Shown here piece after piece: positions 24,262 to 34,931 of a stretch of DNA of 64,000 nt (position 1 is the stretch's first letter; each line of letters starts with the position of its first letter). The stretch covers positions 109,306,001-109,370,000 of the forward strand of contig OX597819.1 in NCBI GenBank assembly GCA_951406725.2. Direction: 5' to 3'. A model generated the notes under the pieces. The model was not told where the DNA came from. It was given only the letters and a program-made list of their open reading frames with translations, and did not search any database. Made by a program: the position numbers and the translations under genes. This DNA is from Octopus vulgaris. Taxonomy: Eukaryota.

Positions 24262-27138
24262 GTGGATATGAACTGAAGTATTTACGACTATTTCCGTGTC
24301 GTTTATTTGATCGTAAAGATTTCAAGATCTCGTCCTTTGATAGCTGTGCACTTGTTCCCTCGTATGTTATCTTATAATTATATTGTTTTATGATGTGGGA
24401 TGGAAACTGGATGAAGGAAATTTCTTCTTGACCTTCATTTTAAATTAAACTTGAGTGACCATTTTTATAAATACTCTTATATTTATTGATTTCTTGGATC
24501 GAAACGAAAGGTTATCGGTTCGTACCCTATCAGCGGCACTGCACAATGTTCAGGTATAAAACTCTAACTCTTTACGGCTCATTTCACCGAGGTTAACATA
24601 GTTTAGTTCCTCCAGGTCCCTCATCGAAAAGACCCATGACATATAGATAGTTCCTCGAACAGTGGGGTACAATCCACAGATCATGCTTTTCCAATATACT
24701 TAAGGACCATGGATTAGCGAAAAGAAGTACTGTATGGATATATTGCATTTGTTCTGCTGTTTCAAGCAGACATAAAATCAAAGATGTTCCAGATTGACTA
24801 CTGCGTCTTTCTATACGGATACCAGAGACTACATTGTCTAATGTATTCTTTATTCAAGATGATAGGATGTGATTTGAAGGCTGTTGTGAGTGTTTTCTCT
24901 ATCCGAGAGACTGCATATAAACCTCTTCGCTAGCTCGATCTTTCAGCCAGTGGGTTTTGTTAGTAGGCAGAAAGAAGTCAAGCTTTGTGAGAGCATGAAA
25001 ATAAAATGTCCTGTTTCTCTGGGCTTTTGTACGTCGCAACACGGTGCTTGAGGTTAAGAAGGTTAGGATCGCATAGGAGGGATAGAATTCTGATGGGATT
25101 GTAGACATGTCAGCGTATACGTGGAGTTACTGAACATGAGATGTCTTGGAGCTTGATACAACAGACTTTGCTCCCAGCATGTCCAAATAAGTGGTCATTC
25201 ATTTAAAGTATTTTTATTTCTCTATGTTCATGATTTGTTTTACAGCCTCCACTGATGATAGACAATATATTGCTCTGTATTCACCATAGTTTGTTATTGG
25301 TACAGCCAGGTAGAAAAGGCTTAATTCTCTGATTTATCTAAGATATTGGTCTACATTAATGCTGTTGTTTCTGTATTGACTAAATGCTGTTGCTGTTTAG
25401 CTCCAAATCAGTCCTGATCAAACAGAGCTACGAAGAAAGGCATTCCTGCCTTCTACTTCAGATATTTTGTATTAAGAACTACATTATCCAATGTGTCCTT
25501 TCCGATTTAAGATAAGATGTGATTTGAAAGAGAGAGAAAGAGCTGTTATTTTTGTCAGGTCAAGTGCATACGTAGAGGCTCCCCTGTTAATTCGGTGTGA
25601 TATCTACGTGAACTCTAGTGTACTTCTGTTACTTTTTTGTCATCTATGCGTGTTATTGTTTAGCTCCAGGTTAGCCCTGATCAAGCAAACCTATGGTTAA
25701 AGACATTTCAGCCTTGTCGATCATTTTTTAAGTATATCTAGAACTACCTTATCCAGTGTCCTTTCCTAAAGACGGTAGGGTGTAATTTGAGTAAATTTAG
25801 CTGCTACTTCAGTTGTAAATGTTGCAGGTGATTACTCATATTTATATACCTAAAGTGGGTACCTTGGAACTGTTGTGCAACTGGCAAATGATGTATAAAT
25901 TTGTAGTATTCAGTTCAATGTTTCCTATGGAAAAATACCAGGACTCATTCTGGAAGAGAGTTATCTGGCGTGGAGACCAGAAGTAAATATCTGCTCCATC
26001 GACCATTGTGATATGGAAAAAGAAGTTTATGTTAAATTCGTTATTACACATTCCCGAGTTCAAAATTATTCTGTAGATCTGATAAACAATCATGGGAAAG
26101 AGAAAATCTATTTTGATCGGCTTCTGACAATGTCCCCTTCCATCTCTATCTGAGTTTGTAATTAAGGAACTGTTTTTGATGGATGGTCTTTAAATGCTGT
26201 TTGGTAATTATGACACATCCTCTAGAGGCGGTGATAATTTTTATAAATCAAAATTTTATGTTCTATGATATTTGGTATACCTGTATCTGTCTATGTTGTT
26301 CAAATATTTCACCTGACTTCTCAACTCCTCATAGATTGTCGCCATAAACAGCGATGTATTAAGATATTCTCATATAGACTTGGGGTGAATGCTTTGGGCA
26401 ATGGGCCAACAAGTGCAGTGCATCTAGTTTTCATCGACCCAGCTGCACTGACAAACCTTGATTCGACTTGAGGTCATGCCTAGAAGACATTTGCCCAAGG
26501 TGCTGTCGTCCGATAGGATCGAATCCGGAACTACGTGATTACAAATGAACTTCTTAACCTTACATTTCGTATTGATACTGCTACTTCCCAGGTGGACTAT
26601 ACCAATATTTCTCATAGAGGTGAGGATGGAGCTGTGAAGCGTGAAAAGGGGGAAGACAAATCACTTTGCTTAACAAGTTTAAGATGGTTTAAAACTTTTT
26701 AAACCTGTCCGACATCATAGCAAAGAAAGAAAAATTATACGAATGCAAAAAAAATTTTCAGTAATAGTTTTGGGAGTGGGTGGGAATGGGAAATGGAGGC
26801 AATATTTGTAAGTTGGCGGTCCAATGGACTCTACCTCCTTGTGATATCATAATTACAACTAAATGGATTCGACTGTTGACGGCTATGTGAGTATCTCTAC
26901 CATATAGCTTTAGTAGTATGTATATTGATTAAATCTTTAGAGAGGAAAGAGTAGATTTATTTATTTAATCGGAAATTGAACATGATTATTTGAAGTTTAA
27001 AACAACTCCAGCAAACATTATTTTTTCTTGGTTCTTTATTAATCTTTAGATTACGTTTAATCCATTCATCAGTAGAAATTATAAATCACGCATTCCGATT
27101 AAGAATTTTAAATGGTGCTTGCACTAAATTAAGTGTCG

Positions 27139-27171
27139 GCTGACTTTTTTTTCCCTTCCATTTTTTAAAAG
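27139..27171 (+). other. Probable 3' splice site for a 5'-UTR intron of Kir A (candidate donor at 26887 gtgagt)
   Basis: Branch-like gctgac, pyrimidine tract and aaaag, 54 nt before the ATG. Confidence 0.45.
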
Positions 27172-27225
27172 TAACTCTAAGCCCCAAGATAACGAACTGA
27201 TAGACATCAAATTCGAGTCTTAATA

Positions 27226-28380
27226 ATGGTTACCCAAAACACAGACACGCCGACGAACAGAAATTACCTTTTGAGTGGAATATGGAATTATTTTTGTAAA
27301 TACTTAAACGGTATCAATGAAAAGACAGACGAAGATCCTGGTCATTTTCTTCTCACCAAAGCAGGAAATTCTCTTATCGACCGGAAAGGCCTCGAAAGGC
27401 ATCGTTTCAGTTTTATCGAGGATTATTACAACACCATTCTTGAAATGCGATGGCATTGGGCTATTCTAGTCTTCCTCTCCTCTCATGCTATCACTTTTAC
27501 TGCATTTGCTGTGATTTGGTGGCTGAACTCCTACATACACGGCGACTTCAACTCGCACAATTCTAATTCGAAACCTTGCCTCCCAGACCTGGAAACGTTT
27601 GCAGATTTTTTCTTGTTTTCTGTTGAAACTCAAACAACAATTGGCTACGGGTTCGTGTACCCCAGCACTGATTGTGTTAGTACGATTCCAACGCTCTTCT
27701 TTCAAGTCCTCATTGGTTTTATTCTCGAAGCGATCTCGTTGGGGTTTGTATTCGCCAAGATTGTTCGTCCAAAGAACCGTTCAAACACGGTGATGTTCAG
27801 CTACAAAGCGTGTATGTGTTACGAGAACGGGCATTCAGTGATACAAATTCAGGTGGCCGATCTTCGACATACCCACCTCATCAATGCTAAAGTTGGTGGC
27901 ATGCTGGTCGCCGAGTACGTGACGCTCGAGGGTTTCGTTCATCCTCTCTATCAAGTCAAAGTGGACTTTGAAATAAACAACGTTGGCAGTAACGTGTTTT
28001 TAATGTGGCCGGTTATTTTGACGCACTATATAACGGATGCCAGCCCTTTCTTCTGTCTTAACCCGGAAGATCTGTTCGTCAAGAAAATCGAACTTATTGT
28101 GTGGATTAACGGCGTGATCGAGTCAACCGGAGAAATGTGTCAAGTGAAGACGTCCTACATTGCTGAAGAGATTGTCTGGGGATACAGATTTGCTTATGCC
28201 AACCAGTTTGATCAGAAAAACGGTCACTGGAATGTAGATTTCACACGTTTCGGAGAATTGGTTCCCTGTCCGATGTCTGTTTCTAGTAATTTCTCCGATG
28301 GTTATCTGACGATGACTGGTGTATCCTCAGAGACGAAAGAAGAAGCAGAAGTGGTGCAGACGGTTGCTGATATACACTGA
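27226..28380 (+). CDS. Kir channel A (inward-rectifier K+ channel, KCNJ family), intronless CDS, 384 aa
   Basis: DYYNTILEMRWHW, FLFSVETQTTIGYG, FAKIVRPKNR, LMWPVILTHYITDASPF, TSYIAEEIVWGYRF; complete open frame. Confidence 0.96.
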   Translation: MVTQNTDTPTNRNYLLSGIWNYFCKYLNGINEKTDEDPGHFLLTKAGNSLIDRKGLERHRFSFIEDYYNTILEMRWHWAILVFLSSHAITFTAFAVIWWLNSYIHGDFNSHNSNSKPCLPDLETFADFFLFSVETQTTIGYGFVYPSTDCVSTIPTLFFQVLIGFILEAISLGFVFAKIVRPKNRSNTVMFSYKACMCYENGHSVIQIQVADLRHTHLINAKVGGMLVAEYVTLEGFVHPLYQVKVDFEINNVGSNVFLMWPVILTHYITDASPFFCLNPEDLFVKKIELIVWINGVIESTGEMCQVKTSYIAEEIVWGYRFAYANQFDQKNGHWNVDFTRFGELVPCPMSVSSNFSDGYLTMTGVSSETKEEAEVVQTVADIH

Positions 28381-28428
28381 GGATCTCGTTGATTTGTAAT
28401 AACCAAGTGAGTAAACAAGTTTCCTTTT

Positions 28429-29184
28429 GGATCTTTTCCTTTTGAACGGTAGTTTTCAACACAATTTCTAGTTAACTAAACACTTTTAAACTTCGTATAC
28501 TGGTAGAGTGTGTGAAAATAAAACATTTTTTCTCTTGAGAAAATTGTAATTTGTAAGTTTAACGTAGTTTAATTTTTCGAATTTTAACCAATCGATTGCC
28601 TCTATTTAGCTAAAATCATTTGATGCGTCTAAAACTGAGACATCCTGTCACTGACCCTAACCCTACCTTAACTCCAACCCTAACATTAACCCTAACCCTA
28701 AATTTTAGCCTTTCGTTTTTTTTTCTTAATTGTTAAATTAATTTAATTGTTACGCGTGTGTCTAAAATTATTCGTTTTGCTTTTGTTTTGAGATACACGT
28801 GTATTGTTTAAACTATTTTCCATTGCTTTAAGAAAAAAAAAAACAAAACAAACGAAAGGCTAAAACGAAAGCAATGGGAAATAATTTAAACAATTAACAA
28901 ACAAAATAATTCTATAATTTTATACACACGCTTTCCGAACGTAAACATAACAGTGACAGGATGTTGTCTCAGTTTTAGACGCAGCAAATGATTTTAGCTC
29001 AATAGAGGCGATTCATTGGTTAAAATTCGAAAAATTAAACTACGTTAAACAAATTACAATTTTCTTAAGAAAGCCAAGACAAAAAAATGTTTTATTTTGA
29101 CACATTCTACCAGTATATGAAGTTTTAAAGTGTTTAGTTAACTAGAAATTGTGTTGAAAACTGGCATTCAAAAGGAAAAGATAC
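28429..29184. mobile_element. Foldback/MITE element with about 220-bp TIRs and an 8-bp TSD (Merlin- or MULE-like)
   Basis: GGATCTTTTCCTTTTGAA..cctgtcactg / cagtgacagg..TTCAAAAGGAAAAGATAC; TSD TTCCTTTT at 28421-28428 and 29185-29192. Confidence 0.88.
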
Positions 29185-29479
29185 TTCCTTTTTACTCGAA
29201 GGCGGTGACTAAAACACTAAACGTAGATAATGCTTGTTAATCTTATCTCGTCTATGATTAACACTCTGGTCAAAAGTCTTTCTATCGTAGCCATCTTGTA
29301 TTTTAATTTTTTCAGAGACTGTATGTTGGATTACTTTAATTACCCAATGTGTCCTGTTTTAAGATAATTGGGTGTGATCTGGCTATTATTTCCCGTAGGT
29401 TGAGTAACTGCGTAGAGGCTCCTTCGTTGGCATGAGAGGCAGGTAAACTTCTGTTGCTTAATCCTAGTTGAACTTTGAT

Positions 29480-29620
29480 TCAACTAGTGTTACAAAATGT
29501 GGGTAGATGTATAAAGAAATTTATTTAAAAACTAAGGATGGAGTAAGAAACATCTCCGCAGAGGGTCTTACCTTTTTGGAAGTATAACCTTCCAAACATT
29601 CATAGACCAACAATGAGGTC

Positions 29621-29652
<32 letters not shown>

Positions 29653-31500
29653 ACTACATTTTCAGAATTGTTGATACTGATCCTTTATTTTGTGTCCAAC
29701 GAATGCATTAACTAGTTCATTATTCTCCGGGTTATAGGTTAAGCCGTTAAACGTTGAAATTCCTGTTCATCATAAAGTTGAGTACCTCCATAAGACGACT
29801 TTTTGTGTTTTGTATATCTTCTGCTTAGGCTCATCCTTCGTTTCTACACTCTCCTGTCTTTTCCTCTGTTTTCTTGCTTCCACAGACAGCTTGATACCCT
29901 TTTCAATTTTACATTTCATTCCTATTGTATCAAAACAGAGCTATACTATTGGAAAGGGAAGGAGCCCTTGGTTTCTTGGGTATCCTCTTCCTGGTCGTTC
30001 ACTTTCTTTTTGTCGGTTCTTTGGTCCAAAGATGAAATATTATCTTCCACTATTTCTGGAATCTCGACCTGAGAAACAATGTCTGTGCCTTGGTGCAATT
30101 TCTGATGCTCTCTTCTGTCTTTCGATCTCCTCTTAATAGAAAACAATTAAATGTACCCCCTAATTCTATGTGTATAGCAGTTGGGCTTTCTGCCCAATGA
30201 TTTTTTATCATCTCTGCATTTGAGAAATCCAGTTCGTACCTGTCAAACAGCTGGTCTAAAAAGATCGACATATCTCGAGATACAGGCCTTTCTGAAATAT
30301 CCCCACTCCATTCATCATCATTTCAGGTCGGCTAAGAGATGCATACATCTCAGTCATGAAAAAGGGACTCCAAAGCATGCGTGTTGGAAATTCTGGTTTC
30401 ACTGATGATTGTTTGTTCCTTCTCGAGCCACACCTGGCTCATAAGGGCCGGTTTCCTTGGCGTACAGGTTTTCCACCTGGACAGGACGCAGGTCCGTCAC
30501 AGATGAGCTGCAAGATGCAGGAGGAAAGAGTGAGAGAAAGTTGTGGCGAAAGAGTCAGCAGAAGTTCGTCATTACCTTCTGCTGGAGCCACATGAAGCTT
30601 AGCTGTTTCGCTCATAAGCACACACATTGCCTGGTCTGCGATTCAAACCCGCGATCCCTAGACTGTGAGTCCGCTGCTCTAACCATTAGGCCATGTGCTT
30701 CCACTCACTGATGATTATCACACCCATAGTTAGTGACCAGAAGTCATTGAGTAGGTGATCCTGTTTTTAGATGACTCCAGATCACATGCACTTTTGCAAC
30801 CCACACATGAAGCTGCCTTTAAGTAGGAAAGAATGGTTTTCCTGTTTGCAATTAAGTATCAAAATCCCATATTTGTATGTGGTTCCTTAGGGAAATCCCG
30901 AAGGTATCTAAACATGGCCATTATACTGATAAGATTTGAACACATGGCTGCTTGTTCAGTACTCTATTAACTCAGTGAAAAATGTTTACATGGCTTAGTC
31001 AAGTGAAATAGTTTTCAATCAACATTTGAAATAGAATAGTGATAGTCACCTACTGTGATTTTACTTGTTCCATGTTGTTCCCTCAAAGACGTTGTATATC
31101 CATGCAATAAAAGCGCCAATATTTTGATCTTATATAATTAAAAGTATTGATGAAAAAAGGATCAGCCCTCTTGACTCCGATTTTAAATAGGAAATGAAAT
31201 CCATTATCATCAATATCTATTAATAGCAATAAAAATGCGTTTTAAACGTCCCATCTTTCCTGTTAATTAAGCAGTGTACCCTCCGCTCCATTTTCTTATC
31301 AGTATCATTGCTTCCCCTAGCCATTCCCTCTCTTAACCATATCAATGTGTTGCAATCCTGCCCTTATGTGTTCTCAACAGTGCTACTACACACCTTCATC
31401 AATATTAGCTGTGTATCTTTGAACACCCCTATATCAGCTATGTTGTCTTGCCTCCCCTCAACCCTCCAACTAAGCATTGGTTCATTTTTCTATTATTACA
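29480..31500 (-). mobile_element. Highly degenerate L1/Tx1-like LINE remnant
   Basis: Fragmentary RT-like peptides (e.g. IGVKRADP..) with many stops; interrupted by a SINE with TSD. Confidence 0.35.
30411..30704 (-). mobile_element. SINE family C copy with a distinct 3' tail
   Basis: tRNA-like head tggcctaatggttagagcagcggactc; 12-bp TSD TCACTGATGATT (30399-30410, 30705-30716). Confidence 0.85.
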
Positions 31501-32975
31501 GATATTGATGAAGTGATGGTATAATACGACATTATTTCTAATTCCATTTAAAAAAATTTTTTTCTTACAGAACTGCCGCCTCAGTGGAACGAACACCTAT
31601 GATTTGAAGATTCAGACAATTTGAATGCCTTGGACAATTTCAATTTTTAATGTTTGTAAAAATATTAAATGATTCTTTTTGTTTTTATATTTAAACACAC
31701 AGATTGTGGTTTAAAGAGATTTGATATATACATTTAATGTTCAGCTTCATTAACATTTTATACGAGTGTTGAGGGAACGACAGCATTTCTGGTGGTTATC
31801 TCCCCTCCATTCCTTGTAAAAACTATCACTTTGCAGTCGTGATTTAAGGAAGCCTCTACAGTTTTGGTGCCCTATATTAGTGTTTATTATATATAATACT
31901 GCAGGGCAGTGAGTTGATAGAATTTTTAGAGTATTAGAAAAAACAACTTTCCGTATTTCTTCTGACTTTTGATATTCTAATGCGAAATCTCATAGGGATC
32001 AGCTTTGACTTTCATCCCTTTAGGGTCAATAAGATTGCTCACCAGTCAAATGCTGGTATTGATGATACATTTATTAACTCTCTCCCCTCATAACTACTGG
32101 CCTTGTTTCTAAATCAGAAGCGATTATATCTATCTATCTATATACACACATACATAGGTACATACCTACCTACACGCATATATGCCAAGGCTACTAGCAT
32201 TTCAAAGAGTAGTTTTGCCTTAGTTATCGTTTCATTTGGTTCATTTGAAAGTTAATAAATACATACCAACCTTGTACTGGAGTCAATATGATTTACAAAC
32301 TTGATTCCATTTTTAACTACTGGCCAACTACTTCATTCTTACACCATTTTAATAAATTTTGAAAAGAATTTTCATTTTGTGTATAGCCTCACACATACTT
32401 TCTTTTTTTTTCCCTCTATCTTTACAATGTTTAAAACAAATGTAGATATTTTTTATATCTTAATATGCTTGCTAGGATAGTAGATTGGCAGAACTGTTAG
32501 AACGCAGGACAAAATTCTGTTTAGTTACAGTAATACATGTTCTGAGTTCAAATCCTGCTAAAGTCAACTTTGCCTTTCATTCTCTTGGAGTTGGTAAAAT
32601 GAAGTACTATTGAAATACAGGGGTTGCTAAACTTGACTATATTGTCCTCAAAATTTGAGGCCTTACATCCTTATCATTCAATGTCTGTTTTACCATGCTG
32701 GCATGGATTGGAGGGTTTGATGAGCTAGAGGGCTGCACTGAGCTTCAATGTGTACTTTGGTATGGTTTCTACAACTGGATGCTTTTCCTAACACCAAGTA
32801 CTCACAAGACAAGACCCTTCAAATGAGTGGAGTATAGTATTGAGGGATGGGAGAATATTAGAGGGAAAGTGATCAAGGTATAAGCATCTATGTAAGAAAT
32901 CAATATTTGGATGATGGCAGGAGGCACTATATAGCAGAATTGGAAGAGCATTACATAAGCACCATGGGTTATTTA

Positions 32976-33466
32976 CAGTTCTATATTTAAGAGATGAGGA
33001 ATTATGTACATTATTTATAATTGACGGATATTTGTCTTCATCTTGTTTGTTGTTAACACAACGTTTTGGCTGATATACCCTCCAACCTTCATCAGGTGTC
33101 TTGGGGAAATTTCGAACCTGGGTTCTCATTCCTAAGGTATTTTTCGATGTTATTATTATTATTCAGGTCACTGCCTGGAATCGAATTCGGAATCTTTGGG
33201 TTAGTAGGCTGTGCTCTTAACCACTACCCCAAATGCCCACGGGCATATGGCATAGTGGTTAAGAGTATGGACCACTAACCTCAAGATTCTGAGTTCGACT
33301 CCAGGCAGTGACCTGAATAATAACAACAACATTGAAAAATATCTAAGGAATGAGAACCCAAGTTCGAAATTTCCCCAAGACACCTGATGAAGGTTGGAGG
33401 GTATATCAGCCAAAATGTGTTAACAACAAAGAAGATGAGGACAAATATTCGTCAGTTGTAAATAAT
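32976..33466. mobile_element. Palindromic tRNA-head plus hammerhead-ribozyme element, copy 1
   Basis: Inverted arms around atgccc-ac-gggcat; A/B boxes; CTGATGA-stem-(G>A)AAA; TSD TGGGTTATTTA (32965-32975, 33467-33477). Confidence 0.85.
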
Positions 33467-34614
33467 TGGGTTATTTAGTTGCATCCCCATCATTTTTGTG
33501 TTTAAATTCCACTGAATTTGACTCAACATTTTTCTTTAGGGGATGGGGTTGGTAAACTAAATACCAGTAATGGACTTGAGTAAATTTGATCAACTATGCC
33601 AGTTCTCAAAATGGGTTGACTTGTGCTTATGTCATAAATATATATTCTGATTATGTTGAATCCCAGATCAAAGTCATTCCAACCGTGGCCATCCTGCTTT
33701 TTTTTTCCTATGTGCAGGACCTCTTTACCATCAGTAAGGTGTGGTTCAAGGGAAATTTAACTACTATTTTTAACAGGATGAATGTCCAAATAGAGGTTCA
33801 CTCTTGTTGGTTAGATAATTTAGTGACAGATGAGTGATGGAAAATGGTGGTTATGTCACATACTGATCACAAATCCTGCCGAAGTTGGCATTCAAAAGTC
33901 GGGATAAAGAGATTCAATCAACTATATTTGCTTCCTCTTCTGTCTCTGAAAACGTTTGGTTTTGTCACAGATATGGAATAGTTTGGTAATTATTTGGAGG
34001 GGGGGGGGCTCCTCCTCCTCCTCATCACCATTTAACATTTATTTTTCTATGCTCACATTGGCCAGATGGAATTTGCCTCAACCAATTCATCATTTTAATG
34101 ACTGCTTTCCATGCTGGGAAGGATTTATCAAGTTGTTACAGCCTGAGCCAGTTTTTATCAGTGATGTAGCAAATAGGAGAGCAAGGGGAGTGATCACTCT
34201 CCACAAGCACATTTTTCAAAATTGGTGCCTTTTCAATATTTTTTTTTAACTCTTTAGGTACCTACATCAGTAGCTATAAGTTTCATACATAATGACATCA
34301 TTGCTGAGACAAGAAATTAATGAATGTAGAATACAATTATGTATATTATAATTAATGAAATATTTTGCATAATATAAGAGAAATGACTTAAAAATTGTTT
34401 GGTATGTGCCATGGTGCCTTTTTCTTGAGCCTGGCTACACCTCTAGTTTTCTTCAGAGTTAAGTATCTTTCTAGATATAGGTCCCCATCAATTATGTCTT
34501 GCTCATACATTGACAATATGAACCCTTAATATTTCAGTTGATAATTTGACTCCCCGTCTGCAAGATCTGATTATTTATAAGAATGAATGAAAGAAAATGT
34601 AGAAAAATCAAAAA

Positions 34615-34630
34615 TTTATTAAAATTTATT
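34615..34630 (-). terminator. Tandem AATAAA polyadenylation signals of TRMT44
   Basis: tttatt at 34615-34620 and 34625-34630, about 100 nt past the stop codon. Confidence 0.55.
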
Positions 34631-34728
34631 TAAAACACCCACTCACTCACTCACACACACACACACACTCTCTCTCTCTCAGTAAGATGGGAAAATGTTC
34701 TTTCTCTGAATTTCCTCTCCTCCATATC

Positions 34729-34931
34729 TCAGTGATGTGTCTTTTCTCTCAGTTCTTCTTCTCCATGTGCAAAGTTACACTCTTCTCTGCTGACAGGGCA
34801 ACCATCTGGATGGTTTTGATGAAACCAGCATAGTGAAGTCTTGTAAGATCTGGCAGTGTTTTTCTGCTTCACTTTCTTCCTCTGTTGCCATGGTTGTGTG
34901 TAATCCCTCAGCTGTACTGTACTAGAAATCA
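34729..34931 (-). CDS. TRMT44: TRMT44 exon 11 (C-terminal CCCH zinc finger)
   Basis: gtccag| acceptor; KTSLCWFHQNHPDGCPVSREECNFAHG; TGA. Confidence 0.92.

Noticed and set aside
33241-33312. tRNA gene (also the heads at 15937, 18076, 14609, 56832-56906)
   Set aside because: A/B boxes are present but there is no proper acceptor stem; these are SINE heads
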